Origin: an uncultured bacterium
GTDB taxonomy: Bacteria > Chloroflexota > UBA5177 > JANWHV01
NCBI GenBank assembly: GCA_963827235.1
Contig: CAWHAE010000017.1
Span: 96,001 to 160,000, forward strand
Direction of reading: 5' to 3'
Length of the DNA: 64,000 bases
Position 1 is the stretch's first letter, and every line of letters begins with the position of its first letter. A program made the position numbers and the translations under genes. This document shows, piece by piece, positions 40,548-50,073 of this stretch. The notes beneath the pieces are model-generated. The model was not told where the DNA came from and did not search any database. It worked only from the letters and a program-made list of their open reading frames with translations.

Positions 40548-41675
40548 TTACCTGATCGCCATTCGGGCAGCCCCGATCGACGTGTCGGCCATGCCGTAAT
40601 ACACATCAAGATAGGCGTCGTGCTGGTCGACGGCCGTGGGGAACACCACGTTGCCCACCACACCGTTCAGTTCCCCATGGACGCCAGGCACCAGCACCGG
40701 GTTGGGCGAGCGATACGTCACCGTGCGCGGATCCTGCGCGTCGAGCAAGGCCGCCGCCGCCGAGTAGCGGTACGCCGGCAGCGGACCTTGACTGGGGATG
40801 ATCTCGACGCCGTGGTAGAACATCAGCCAGCCGGCTGCCAGCCGAATTGGTGGCGTGCCGGCCCCAATTCGCGATGACTCCCAGCCCTCTCGCGGCGCCA
40901 TGAGCACCTGGTGATGGGAGAACACCGGGGGCCTGACCGGCGCCCCCAGCCGTGGATGAGCCCAATCGGCGCCCTCGAGGGGGCAGTAGGATATCCATAT
41001 CGACCAGCGAGTATCGGCGACGTTCTCAGGCGGCGGCAACGGCCGGCTGTGGTTCGCCAGATCGCCGGCCCAGTACTCGTACATGGGACGGTGGATGAGG
41101 GCGATCGACAGTCGCCCATCCGGAGCCACGACCGCCTCAGGAAAGAGCACCTGATCCTTATTGGTGTAGCGATTCATGTCGCAGCCCGCCATAGGGGCAA
41201 ACTCGATCAAGCCGAGACGGGTCCAGGACATCAAGTCGTCGGAAATCGCCATCGCGCCACGCGGACCGTCGGGGCCGAACGCAACGTAGGTCATCACGTA
41301 GGTGCTCAACGGCGCCACGTAGCTCACGCGGGCATCCTCGCAGCCGCCGCCTGTCCAGTCGTTGCACTCGTACGGCGCCGTGGGCTCCAGGGCGATGCCA
41401 AGGCGCTCGACAGCTTGGGGAACACCGGCGCTGTCGCACATGACGCGAGCCACGCCAATCCGCGAGTAGTTACCAAGCGCCACCTGGCGCGGGAACAGCA
41501 GGTAGTCCCCGCCGGAGGTGAGTACGCCCCCCGGATTCAACACCCCACCGGCTTCAAGAGGATTGCCTGGGTCGGGCTGCATGACAACGCTTTGCCGCTC
41601 CAGTTGGAACGGAAGCGGCACGGCATCATCATCGGCCCTTTGGCCCTGCTCGCCGGCAACCTGTTGTACAGCCAT
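40548..41675 (-). CDS. GH130-family glycosidase/mannoside phosphorylase
   Basis: GVLNPGG, GGCEDARV, NKD.VLFP, IHRP, IGAGTPP, FYHGV, NVVFPT, YYGMAD. Confidence 0.9.
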   Translation of the reverse strand: MAVQQVAGEQGQRADDDAVPLPFQLERQSVVMQPDPGNPLEAGGVLNPGGVLTSGGDYLLFPRQVALGNYSRIGVARVMCDSAGVPQAVERLGIALEPTAPYECNDWTGGGCEDARVSYVAPLSTYVMTYVAFGPDGPRGAMAISDDLMSWTRLGLIEFAPMAGCDMNRYTNKDQVLFPEAVVAPDGRLSIALIHRPMYEYWAGDLANHSRPLPPPENVADTRWSIWISYCPLEGADWAHPRLGAPVRPPVFSHHQVLMAPREGWESSRIGAGTPPIRLAAGWLMFYHGVEIIPSQGPLPAYRYSAAAALLDAQDPRTVTYRSPNPVLVPGVHGELNGVVGNVVFPTAVDQHDAYLDVYYGMADTSIGAARMAIR

Positions 41676-41679
41676 ATCG

Positions 41680-42636
41680 CTAGCCTTTCACGCCGCTGAG
41701 GGTAACGCCCTGAATGATCTGCTTGGAGGCTGAGAGGTACAGCACCACGATAGGCAGCATGCTGACCAGGGCCATGGCCATGAACTCGGCCCAGTTGGAG
41801 CCGCTGGTGCTGCTGGCATAGCGGGAGAAGTAGCCAAGCAGGGCGATCTCGATGGTCCAGTTCTGTGGATCCTGCAGGTAGATAAACGGCGCCAGGAGAT
41901 CGTTCCAGGTGCCGATGAATTGCAGGACGATGACGGCCGCCAGCGCCGGTCGCACTGCTGGCAAAATGATCGACCAGAGCACACGAATCGGGCCCGCTCC
42001 ATCGATCTTCGCCGCCTCATCCAGATCGTAGGGAATGCCGCGGATAAACTGCCGCAGCAAGAAGATGTAGATCGGGGAGCCGAAGAACGCCGGCACGATC
42101 AGAGGCAGAAACTGGAAGGCGTTGTCATGGCCGAGGATGCTGCCGCCGCTGCCCCAGTGGAAGACGTTGATGAACTCTGCGTACTGCGGGATCATCATTA
42201 CCGCGTAGGGAATCATGGTAGTGCTGATCACCAGGCCGAACAGGAAGCCGCGCCCCGTGAAGTCGAACCGCGCGAAGCCGTAGGCCACGACCAGGCTGGA
42301 GCAGGAGACGCCGATTACGACGAGTACCGAGACGACGAAGCTGTTGATGATAAAGGTCTGGAAGGGAAACGCAAGCCCCGTCCAGGCGTTCGAGTAGTTG
42401 TCAAAGTGCCAGGACTCCGGCCAGAAGGCGATCCCGCTGGATATGTCGGCGTCGCTGCGGAAGGAATTGACCAGCATCCAGTAGAGCGGAAACAGCGAAA
42501 TGAATGAGATGACCAGGACGCATGCATAGGCGGCAATCTGGCTGCCATGGCGGTGGCCGCCGTCCGAACCGGTGCGGCGGGCGGGCGGGGCCGCGACGAT
42601 GGGGGTCGGCCGTGGTACGGCGCTCGGTGTGACCAT
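41680..42636 (-). CDS. Carbohydrate ABC transporter permease
   Basis: DLDEAAKIDGA EAA motif. Confidence 0.95.
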   Translation of the reverse strand: MVTPSAVPRPTPIVAAPPARRTGSDGGHRHGSQIAAYACVLVISFISLFPLYWMLVNSFRSDADISSGIAFWPESWHFDNYSNAWTGLAFPFQTFIINSFVVSVLVVIGVSCSSLVVAYGFARFDFTGRGFLFGLVISTTMIPYAVMMIPQYAEFINVFHWGSGGSILGHDNAFQFLPLIVPAFFGSPIYIFLLRQFIRGIPYDLDEAAKIDGAGPIRVLWSIILPAVRPALAAVIVLQFIGTWNDLLAPFIYLQDPQNWTIEIALLGYFSRYASSTSGSNWAEFMAMALVSMLPIVVLYLSASKQIIQGVTLSGVKG

Positions 42637-42639
42637 GGG

Positions 42640-43623
42640 CTAGCTCCTCTCTTCCTGATAGAACACCCAGCGCTTCTGCCCGGCGAAGTTGAGCAGCGTG
42701 AAGATCAGGATGAGTGCGAACAGACCGAAGGCCATGGCGGTGGCATAGCCGAAAAGGTGGTAGCGAAAAGCATCGAGCCACACGTAGAGCAACGTGGTGA
42801 GAAGTGAGTCGCTCGGCCCTCCGGTGGTGCTCTCGCCTCCGGTAAGCACCATGATTTGGGCGAACGCCTGAAACGCCCCGATCAAGCCGATCACGACATT
42901 GAAGAATATGGTTGGCGTGAGCAGGGGCAAGGTAAGGTAGCGGAAGGTTGCCCAGCGGCCGGCGCCGTCGACCGAGGCGACCTCGTAGTACGACTGGTCT
43001 ATCCCCTGCAATCCGGCCAGATAGATCAGCATGGGCTGGCCCACCGCCCAGCCGGCCACCAGTATCGCGGCCGGCATCAGCAGATTGGGGTCACCAAACC
43101 AATCGATGATCTGCGTGCAGCTGATGGAGTTTGGATCGCACTGCACGTGCAGCATGGTCAGCAGGGCGCTGATTGCCCCCGTGCCAGGCTGGAAAATCAG
43201 CCGCAGGATGAGCGTTGCCCCGACGGCGGGCAGAATCGCCGGGAGATAGAAGATGGTGCGGAATATGGGCAGCCCGCGGATGTGCTGGTTCAGCACCAGC
43301 GCCATGGGCAACGCTACCAGATTCGTGATGGCCACGGTGCCCAGGGCATAGACGACCGAGTTGCGCATCGAGTGCCAGAATCGGGGATCGTGGAAGAGCA
43401 TTTGACTGTAATTGTTCAGCCCGATCAGATGCGCCTGCCAGAAAGGACCGGCAACCGGGCTCCAGTTGGTCAGGCTGATAAACACGGCCGCCGCCAAGGG
43501 GGCCAGGCCGAACAGCAGGAAGCCGATCACCCAGATTCCGACAAATCCATAGCCCCACAGTAGGTCCCGACGCTTTTTGCGCGCCTCACCGGCGTGACTA
43601 CCGGGTACCACCGCTGCGCTCAT
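42640..43623 (-). CDS. Carbohydrate ABC transporter permease
   Basis: YLAGLQGI..SYYEVASVDGA. Confidence 0.95.
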   Translation of the reverse strand: MSAAVVPGSHAGEARKKRRDLLWGYGFVGIWVIGFLLFGLAPLAAAVFISLTNWSPVAGPFWQAHLIGLNNYSQMLFHDPRFWHSMRNSVVYALGTVAITNLVALPMALVLNQHIRGLPIFRTIFYLPAILPAVGATLILRLIFQPGTGAISALLTMLHVQCDPNSISCTQIIDWFGDPNLLMPAAILVAGWAVGQPMLIYLAGLQGIDQSYYEVASVDGAGRWATFRYLTLPLLTPTIFFNVVIGLIGAFQAFAQIMVLTGGESTTGGPSDSLLTTLLYVWLDAFRYHLFGYATAMAFGLFALILIFTLLNFAGQKRWVFYQEERS

Positions 43624-43708
43624 TACCGCCTCCGCCCCGGGTATCGTCCTCAAGATGTCGGCTGAGGGCGGCTACCCAGCGGCGCCCACCCTCAAACCGA
43701 TCCACGGT

Positions 43709-45046
43709 CTACATCAGCAAGGGCTTGAGCGCCGAACACGCGGCACTGGTGGCGGCGTCGACCGATGCCGTCCCATTCCAGAAGGGCATCAACGCCGTCG
43801 TCTCACCATCGACCCATTTGTCATACTGCGGTACCAAGCGCATGGACCTGCCGTTCGCGGGCGCATTCCCCGACAGCCAGACGGCCGCATACGGCTGATA
43901 CTCAGTGAGGAAGGCCGGGGTTTTGGAGATTGCCACGTTGCCCGCGATGCCGATCCCGTACTGGGCCATCAGTTTGACGTCGCTACCCATGGTGATGTAC
44001 TTGATCAGCCAATAGGCGGCCACGGGGTTCTTGGTGTGACTGGCCGCTACCTCGATGCCGCTTGAGATGAGGCTAAGCCGGCTTACCGGTCCGCTGGGAT
44101 TCAGCGCTACACCCCAGTGGAAGGAGACGGAGGGCGTCCCGAGATAGGCGCTCGGCTTCACCAGATAGTTGAGCGCCCAGGGGCCGACGAAGGCCATCGC
44201 GTAGCGCTGATCGTGAAAGCCGCCACTTGGACTCGGCGACACCGCCTTCATCTGCGATGGGGTCGGCGCCCCATGATGAACCCACATCAGATCGTGCCAC
44301 CATTGCAGGCCGGCGCGCGACTGCACGCTGATCATGGTGCAAGTCTTCAGATCGGCACTCAACCAGTCCCCACCCCAGTCCCACATGTATTGGTTGATGC
44401 GGTAATCGTCGGTATTGACGGCGATCCCGAAACGTAGCTTTGCCGACGAATCGGTGGGAAGGCTGTAGTTGCCGGACAGCTTTTCGGATGCCGAGAGTAA
44501 GTCTTTGTAGGTCCAGCTGGATGTGGGATAAGCGACGTGGCGCGCGTCGAACATGTCTTTGTTGTAGATGAGCATGCCCTGGTTACCGCAGTCACGTTCC
44601 ATGCCGTAGGTACGGCCGCCGTACATGGTCTCGGGCAGACACGCCGGGAAGAACGTGCCGCTCAGGTTGAGCTTGTCCTGTTTGATGTAGGGGGACAGAT
44701 CCAGCAGCGCCCCTTCGGTGGCATATTCCGGAAGACGCTTTGAGCCATCGAGCTGGAAGACGTCGGGTGCGTTGCCGGAGCCGATCTTGGTCGCTATGTC
44801 GTTGTCGTAGTTGCCCTGATCCCAGTCGGCGGTTACGTGGAGGCCGGGGCAGGCGGCCTCGGCTTGCTTGATGACGAGGGTTTGCTCATTATACTCGCCC
44901 TTGTCACCCCAGAACATGAACGTGATGTTGCCCTTGGCAGGGCAGCTCGCGCTCGATTGGTGCGCGGCATTCACGACCATGGCACCGGGCGCCCACGTCG
45001 CCAGGAGAACGAAGCCGGCCACCGATAAACGAGGGAGGTATCGCAT
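43709..45046 (-). CDS. Carbohydrate ABC transporter substrate-binding protein
   Basis: Signal peptide, GNAPDVF, LIYNKDMF. Confidence 0.92.
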   Translation of the reverse strand: MRYLPRLSVAGFVLLATWAPGAMVVNAAHQSSASCPAKGNITFMFWGDKGEYNEQTLVIKQAEAACPGLHVTADWDQGNYDNDIATKIGSGNAPDVFQLDGSKRLPEYATEGALLDLSPYIKQDKLNLSGTFFPACLPETMYGGRTYGMERDCGNQGMLIYNKDMFDARHVAYPTSSWTYKDLLSASEKLSGNYSLPTDSSAKLRFGIAVNTDDYRINQYMWDWGGDWLSADLKTCTMISVQSRAGLQWWHDLMWVHHGAPTPSQMKAVSPSPSGGFHDQRYAMAFVGPWALNYLVKPSAYLGTPSVSFHWGVALNPSGPVSRLSLISSGIEVAASHTKNPVAAYWLIKYITMGSDVKLMAQYGIGIAGNVAISKTPAFLTEYQPYAAVWLSGNAPANGRSMRLVPQYDKWVDGETTALMPFWNGTASVDAATSAACSALKPLLM

Positions 45047-45311
45047 AGAAGGCCCTCCAAAATGCCGCGTCATCGCGGCCATCGCCATGCACCTGCTTGC
45101 TGGTCGGTCGCGTGGAAGCAGGCCAAGCCCCGCGACCTCGACGGTCCATCATCTACTCCCTTCCCTAGGTGCGGAGTCAGACAGCCAGCCGCTCAGTTCT
45201 GCCGGGCATGCGCGGCGACGCAGGCCCACGTCTCGTTTCTCGCCTACCCCGAGCCATCGCTGATTGCAACTGCGTGGCGATGACAGGGAAGTGCCGTTCA
45301 GGCGCGTTCCC

Positions 45312-45419
45312 AGTATGGGCCTCCTGCGCGGCAATGTCAACCATAGCCGCATATCACTCTATCTATTTCCCAGGGACCACGGCCGCATGCTGCCTCATAA
45401 TGTGAGGATATTAGTATCA
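45312..45419 (-). promoter_or_regulatory. Island promoter P14 (sugar ABC operon) with distal box
   Basis: TAGATAGAGTGATATGCGGCTA, 3 nt, TTGACA-N17-CATACT; distal TAATGTGAGGATATTAGTATCA at 45398-45419. Confidence 0.78.
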
Positions 45420-45645
45420 AACGCAGACCCAGGACGTTACGGCGCGCGATGGCTGGGGGCTGAGACAAAGGTGGTGTGACGCCCTCATCGGTGTGCCTGT
45501 GGGGTTGCGTGACCTTCCTCTCGGTGCGCGAACCCGGATGATGCGGTTGCCGCGAGCCAGGAGAGCACACCCCGGTCCCCGAGATATGCGTTACTATTAA
45601 GTAATTCACCACATAAAGGTGGATTGACACGACTATAGGTGTATA

Positions 45646-45676
45646 TAGTTAGAGTGCTTTCATGCTATAATCGACT
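45646..45676 (+). promoter_or_regulatory. 22-bp box P15 upstream of the ECF sigma gene
   Basis: TAGTTAGAG-TGCT-TTCATGCTA, 3 nt, TCGACT; no good -10 at N17. Confidence 0.6.
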
Positions 45677-45843
45677 CGTGCGCAGTGAGGTCGCGTGTCG
45701 GACCTGGCTGCATGGGTGTGGAGGCGCAGCAGGCTCGGGCAGCGTTTACCGCCGCGAGGAGACACCTCAAATCGCCCCAAGTTGGCACCGTGCTGGCCGC
45801 GGACCCGTGTCGAACGGATAAGTACAGTGTGAAGGAGCCGACC

Positions 45844-46641
45844 ATGGTCACCGCGCCCGCTACATTGACCACCTGCACACGCGATAGTGTCGGCGCAGGC
45901 GCGTTCGGCGATAGGGCTGCAGCCACATCGTGGTCGTCACTGCACCATACCGCAGCGCTGCTGTCGCTCGAAGACGGCAGTCTGGTAGCGTGCGCGGTGG
46001 GTACACACGAGACTGCACCCGATCCCGAAGCATTCGGCGTGCTCTACGAGCGCTACGTGAACCGCGTCTTCGCCTTCGCCTTGAGCAGGCTGCACGATCA
46101 CGCGCAAGCTGAAGACATCACCTCACAGACATTTCTCCTGGCGCTCCAGGCACTGCCGCGCTATCAGCAGCGTGGCGTGCCAATCCGGTACTGGCTGCTC
46201 ACCATCGCCGCCAACGCGATAAACGGCCTGCATCGTGCCTCGCCCGGCACAGCCTTGCGGCTGGGGGAAGCAGCCAGCCATGATGGGGACGTACAGGACG
46301 GCGCGCCCGAACTCGACCTGCCCGACCCCGACGCCGAAGCGGCGATCGCCGCGGGAGAATGGGCTGAGGATCTCCGTCACCTGCTGGCCAGCCTGTCGCC
46401 GGCGCAGCGCACGGTCATTTTGCTGCGGTTCTCCGCTGGACTGGCGATCGAGACCATCGCGGCGAAGATGGGGTGCACCGCAGGGGCGGTCAAGGCATTG
46501 CAGTTTCGCGGTGTGCAGGGTTTGCGCCGTCGATGGGAACAGGAGACCGGGGTGGACCCGGATGCGCCAAGACCATCCGCCAAGCGGGACGACAAACTCC
46601 ACCACCCGATCACTCGTGGTGCGAGAGCATCCGAACGATGA
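45844..46641 (+). CDS. ECF sigma-70 factor
   Basis: AFGVLYERY..VFAFA..AEDITSQTF..WLLTIAAN (region 2); LSPAQRTVILLRF..IAAKMG...VKALQFRG (region 4). Confidence 0.92.
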   Translation: MVTAPATLTTCTRDSVGAGAFGDRAAATSWSSLHHTAALLSLEDGSLVACAVGTHETAPDPEAFGVLYERYVNRVFAFALSRLHDHAQAEDITSQTFLLALQALPRYQQRGVPIRYWLLTIAANAINGLHRASPGTALRLGEAASHDGDVQDGAPELDLPDPDAEAAIAAGEWAEDLRHLLASLSPAQRTVILLRFSAGLAIETIAAKMGCTAGAVKALQFRGVQGLRRRWEQETGVDPDAPRPSAKRDDKLHHPITRGARASER

Positions 46642-46745
46642 CCGGCCGACTCTACGCCTGAGAGCGATTGATGTCTAGCTGGCCGACTGGGCCGCAGTGC
46701 GGAGCTGTAGCTGCTCGGTTTGGCAAGAGAAAGGAGTACCACGGC

Positions 46746-47588
46746 ATGTTTAGAGAGATCATGGTGCCGCTGGACGGATCGGAGCGCGCTGAGCAGGCAC
46801 TGCCGTGCGCAGTGCAACTGGCGAAGGGGATGGCTTCAACCGTGCACCTGGTCAGTGTGGACGATTTCCTTGCCGCAGTGAGCTCGACGCTGCCGGCTCC
46901 GTACATCCCGCCCGGCGTGTACGAAGCCGAGCTCGAGCAGGTCACCGCGTATTTGACCGCGATCCGGCAGCGTCTCGCAGGCGAGGGGCTACAGATCCGG
47001 AGCGAAGTGCTCACGGGCACACCTGCCGTGTGCCTCCTGGCCTACGAGCAGTCGGCCCACATCGATCTGCTGGTCATGTGTAGCCACGGGCGGGGTGGTA
47101 TCGCGCGTTTTGCCCTCGGGTCCGTCGCGGAGCGCCTGCTGCGACACGGCACCGCACCGGTACTGCTGGTGCGCGCCTTCAGCGCGCCACCGGATCTGAC
47201 TCGCGTGGTCGTGCCCCTGGACGGCTCAGTGCTCGCCCAGTTGGCTCTTCAGACAGTATCGGCGCTGGAAAGCTCCGGGATCCGCGAGGTCACGTTGCTG
47301 AGGGTGATTGGCGCCGATGAAGCAGCGGCGGAAGCTCAGGCATATCTGACTGCCACGGCGGCGCGGTTGCAGCACGAGCCTCTGACCTACCGGACGCGAG
47401 TCGAGCGCGGTGAACCCGCGCAGACGATTATCGATGTGGCTGGAAAGGAAGCGCTGGTGGTGATGGCGACGCATGGACGCTCGGGCCTGACCCGCTGGGC
47501 CCTGGGGTCCGTGGCCGATCGGGTATCGCGCGACGGCGTATCGGGCACCTTGCTCGTCCGTACCGGCGCGCCTCCGCCACCGGCCTAG
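46746..47588 (+). CDS. Tandem universal stress protein
   Basis: Two VPLDGS...(S/T)HGR.G..R.ALGSVA domains. Confidence 0.95.
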   Translation: MFREIMVPLDGSERAEQALPCAVQLAKGMASTVHLVSVDDFLAAVSSTLPAPYIPPGVYEAELEQVTAYLTAIRQRLAGEGLQIRSEVLTGTPAVCLLAYEQSAHIDLLVMCSHGRGGIARFALGSVAERLLRHGTAPVLLVRAFSAPPDLTRVVVPLDGSVLAQLALQTVSALESSGIREVTLLRVIGADEAAAEAQAYLTATAARLQHEPLTYRTRVERGEPAQTIIDVAGKEALVVMATHGRSGLTRWALGSVADRVSRDGVSGTLLVRTGAPPPPA

Positions 47589-47754
47589 TCGGAGCCAGGC
47601 GAGACGCCGGCTGGAGGACCGCTTCACGCCGATTTCGATCTGGGCATCGCCCGGCATTTCGACATCCTGAACACCACGACCGTGCGTGCTGAGCACGGGA
47701 CGATTGAGGTGATTCGGCCGGCCGTGATGGCCGGAAGCAACCTGAAAGGGCAAG

Positions 47755-50073
47755 ATGGATAGGAAACTCGGCAACGACTATTCCAGCCTCCGTGTCCTGG
47801 TGGTGGACGATGAGCTGACCGCGAACAGCGCCCGCGGCCGGGCAACGCGGGCGGTGATTGCAGCTATTCGCGAGTACGGCATCACGGTGGTCGAAGCAAC
47901 GACCAGTGAAGACGGGTGGTCGGCATTCGTCGCCAATCCGGATCTGAGCGCTATCCTCGTGGATTGGGACCTGCATGACGGCTCCGAGGGACTGCATGGC
48001 GAAACGCAACACGTCCTGAGTATGCTGCGGTCGCGGAACGAGGAGCTGCCGGTCTTTTTGCTTGCCGGGCGTACGGCTCTCCCCTTGATCTCGCTCGACG
48101 TGCTCGAGCACGTCGACGACTACATCTGGATTCTGGAGGACACGCCAGAGTTCATCGCCGGCCGGATAGAGGCGGCGGCGAGATTATATCGTGGCCGCCT
48201 GCTGCCGCCGTTCTTCGCCGCGCTGGCCGAGTTTGCACGGATCCACGAATACTCGTGGCATACACCAGGGCACACCGGCGGCACGGCCTTTCTGAAGTCG
48301 CCGGCAGGGCAAGTCTTCCACAGCTTTTTCGGCGAGGAGCTGTTTCGTTCCGACCTTTCGATCTCCGTGGGTGAGCTCGGCTCATTACTCGACCATTCGG
48401 GCGTGATCGGCGAAGCCGAGCGCTACGCTGCTAAGGTGTTCGGCGCGGACAGGACCTACTTTGTGACCAACGGCACCTCGACGTCGAACAAGATCGTCCT
48501 TTTCGGCACGGTCACACGCGGCGACGTCGTGCTGGTGGATCGCAACTGCCACAAGTCGATTGAGCACGCGCTGACCATGACCGGCTCCATTCCAGTGTTC
48601 CTGATGCCCTCCCGCAACCGCTACGGAATCATCGGACCCATTCATCCCTGCGAGCTGGAGCCCGCACAACTGGCACGCAAGGTTGCTCAAGCCACGCCGA
48701 CGGAGCAGCATGAACACCCTCGGGCGGTGCTGGCGATTGTCACCAACTCCACGTACGACGGCCTGTGCTACGACGTGGCGCGCACTAACACGTTGCTGGG
48801 CGAGAGTGTGGATCGCATCCACTACGATGAAGCCTGGTTCGCCTACGCCCGCTTCAACGCGCTCTACCAGGGCCGCTACGGCATGTCCGCGCCGGGTGGC
48901 CAAAAGGGACCCACGATCTTCGCGACCCAGTCGACGCATAAGCTGTTGGCAGCGCTCTCGCAGGCATCATTCGTGCACGTGAAGCAGGGCCGCGCACCCA
49001 TCGACTACACGCGGTTCAACGAGGGATTCATGATGCACACCTCGACCTCGCCGCTCTACCCGATCATCGCATCGAACGATATCTCGGTGAAGATGATGGA
49101 TGGCGCTTCAGGCAGGGTACTCACGACCGAAGCTATCGACGAGGCAATCGCCTTCCGCAAGACCATGGCGCGTATCGGGCCGGAGATCCGGCAGCGGGAT
49201 AGCAACGATTGGTGGTTCGGCGTCTGGCAACCCAACGAGGTGGTCGACCCACAGTCCGGGCACCACGTGGCCTTCGCCGATGCGCCCGACGCGCTGCTGC
49301 GCGACGATGCCGGCTGCTGGACACTCAAGCCGGGCGAGCGCTGGCATGGCTTCGCGGATGTCGCCGTGGACGACGGCTACTGCCTGCTGGATCCGATCAA
49401 AGTCACGGTGCTGACCCCCGGTGTTTCGGACGATGGGTCGCTGGACAGCTGGGGCATCCCTGCCCCAATCGTGAGCAAGTACCTCGATACGCAGGGTATC
49501 GTGGTCGAAAAGACCGGAGGTAACACGTTCCTGGTCCTCTTCTCCATCGGCGTGACCCGTGGCAAGTGGGGAACGCTGATCGCCGAGCTGCTGCAGTTCA
49601 AGCGGCACTACCGCGAAAACACGCCGCTGGGGGAGCTCTTCCCGGATCTCGTGGCGATGGCACCCCAGGTGTATCAAGGGCTGGGCCTGGCGGACCTGTG
49701 CGAGCGGATGCACACGGCCTTGCATACCGGTCGCGTCACGCACTGGCTGTCCGCCGCCTGTGATGTCCTGCCCACGCCGGCAATGACCGGCGCCGAGGCC
49801 TACCGGCACCTGGTGCGCGACGAGGTCGACCGGGTGGCAGTCGACAAGATGGCGAACCGCGTGGCGGCAGTGGGCGTGGTGCCGTACCCGCCGGGCATAC
49901 CCCTGCTGATGCCGGGAGAGCGGGCTGGCGAGAAGAACGGCCCCATTCTGCGCTATCTCCGGGCGCTTGAGGAATTCGACCGTGCCTTCCCTGGATTCGC
50001 CCATGACATTCACGGCGTCGAGGATGTCGATGGTGCGTACATGACCTACTGTGTGAAAGAAGGCGCGGAATGA
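47755..50073 (+). CDS. Orn/Lys/Arg PLP decarboxylase with N-terminal wing domain (AdiA-like)
   Basis: HTPGH.GG, DRNCHKS, NSTYDG, DEAW, QSTHKLL, VPYPPGIP; substrate not determinable. Confidence 0.95.
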   Translation: MDRKLGNDYSSLRVLVVDDELTANSARGRATRAVIAAIREYGITVVEATTSEDGWSAFVANPDLSAILVDWDLHDGSEGLHGETQHVLSMLRSRNEELPVFLLAGRTALPLISLDVLEHVDDYIWILEDTPEFIAGRIEAAARLYRGRLLPPFFAALAEFARIHEYSWHTPGHTGGTAFLKSPAGQVFHSFFGEELFRSDLSISVGELGSLLDHSGVIGEAERYAAKVFGADRTYFVTNGTSTSNKIVLFGTVTRGDVVLVDRNCHKSIEHALTMTGSIPVFLMPSRNRYGIIGPIHPCELEPAQLARKVAQATPTEQHEHPRAVLAIVTNSTYDGLCYDVARTNTLLGESVDRIHYDEAWFAYARFNALYQGRYGMSAPGGQKGPTIFATQSTHKLLAALSQASFVHVKQGRAPIDYTRFNEGFMMHTSTSPLYPIIASNDISVKMMDGASGRVLTTEAIDEAIAFRKTMARIGPEIRQRDSNDWWFGVWQPNEVVDPQSGHHVAFADAPDALLRDDAGCWTLKPGERWHGFADVAVDDGYCLLDPIKVTVLTPGVSDDGSLDSWGIPAPIVSKYLDTQGIVVEKTGGNTFLVLFSIGVTRGKWGTLIAELLQFKRHYRENTPLGELFPDLVAMAPQVYQGLGLADLCERMHTALHTGRVTHWLSAACDVLPTPAMTGAEAYRHLVRDEVDRVAVDKMANRVAAVGVVPYPPGIPLLMPGERAGEKNGPILRYLRALEEFDRAFPGFAHDIHGVEDVDGAYMTYCVKEGAE

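Noticed and set aside
45652-45660. GAGTGCTTT as a CIRCE half-site
   Set aside because: No matching TTAGCACTC 9 bp upstream; better explained as part of the island box.
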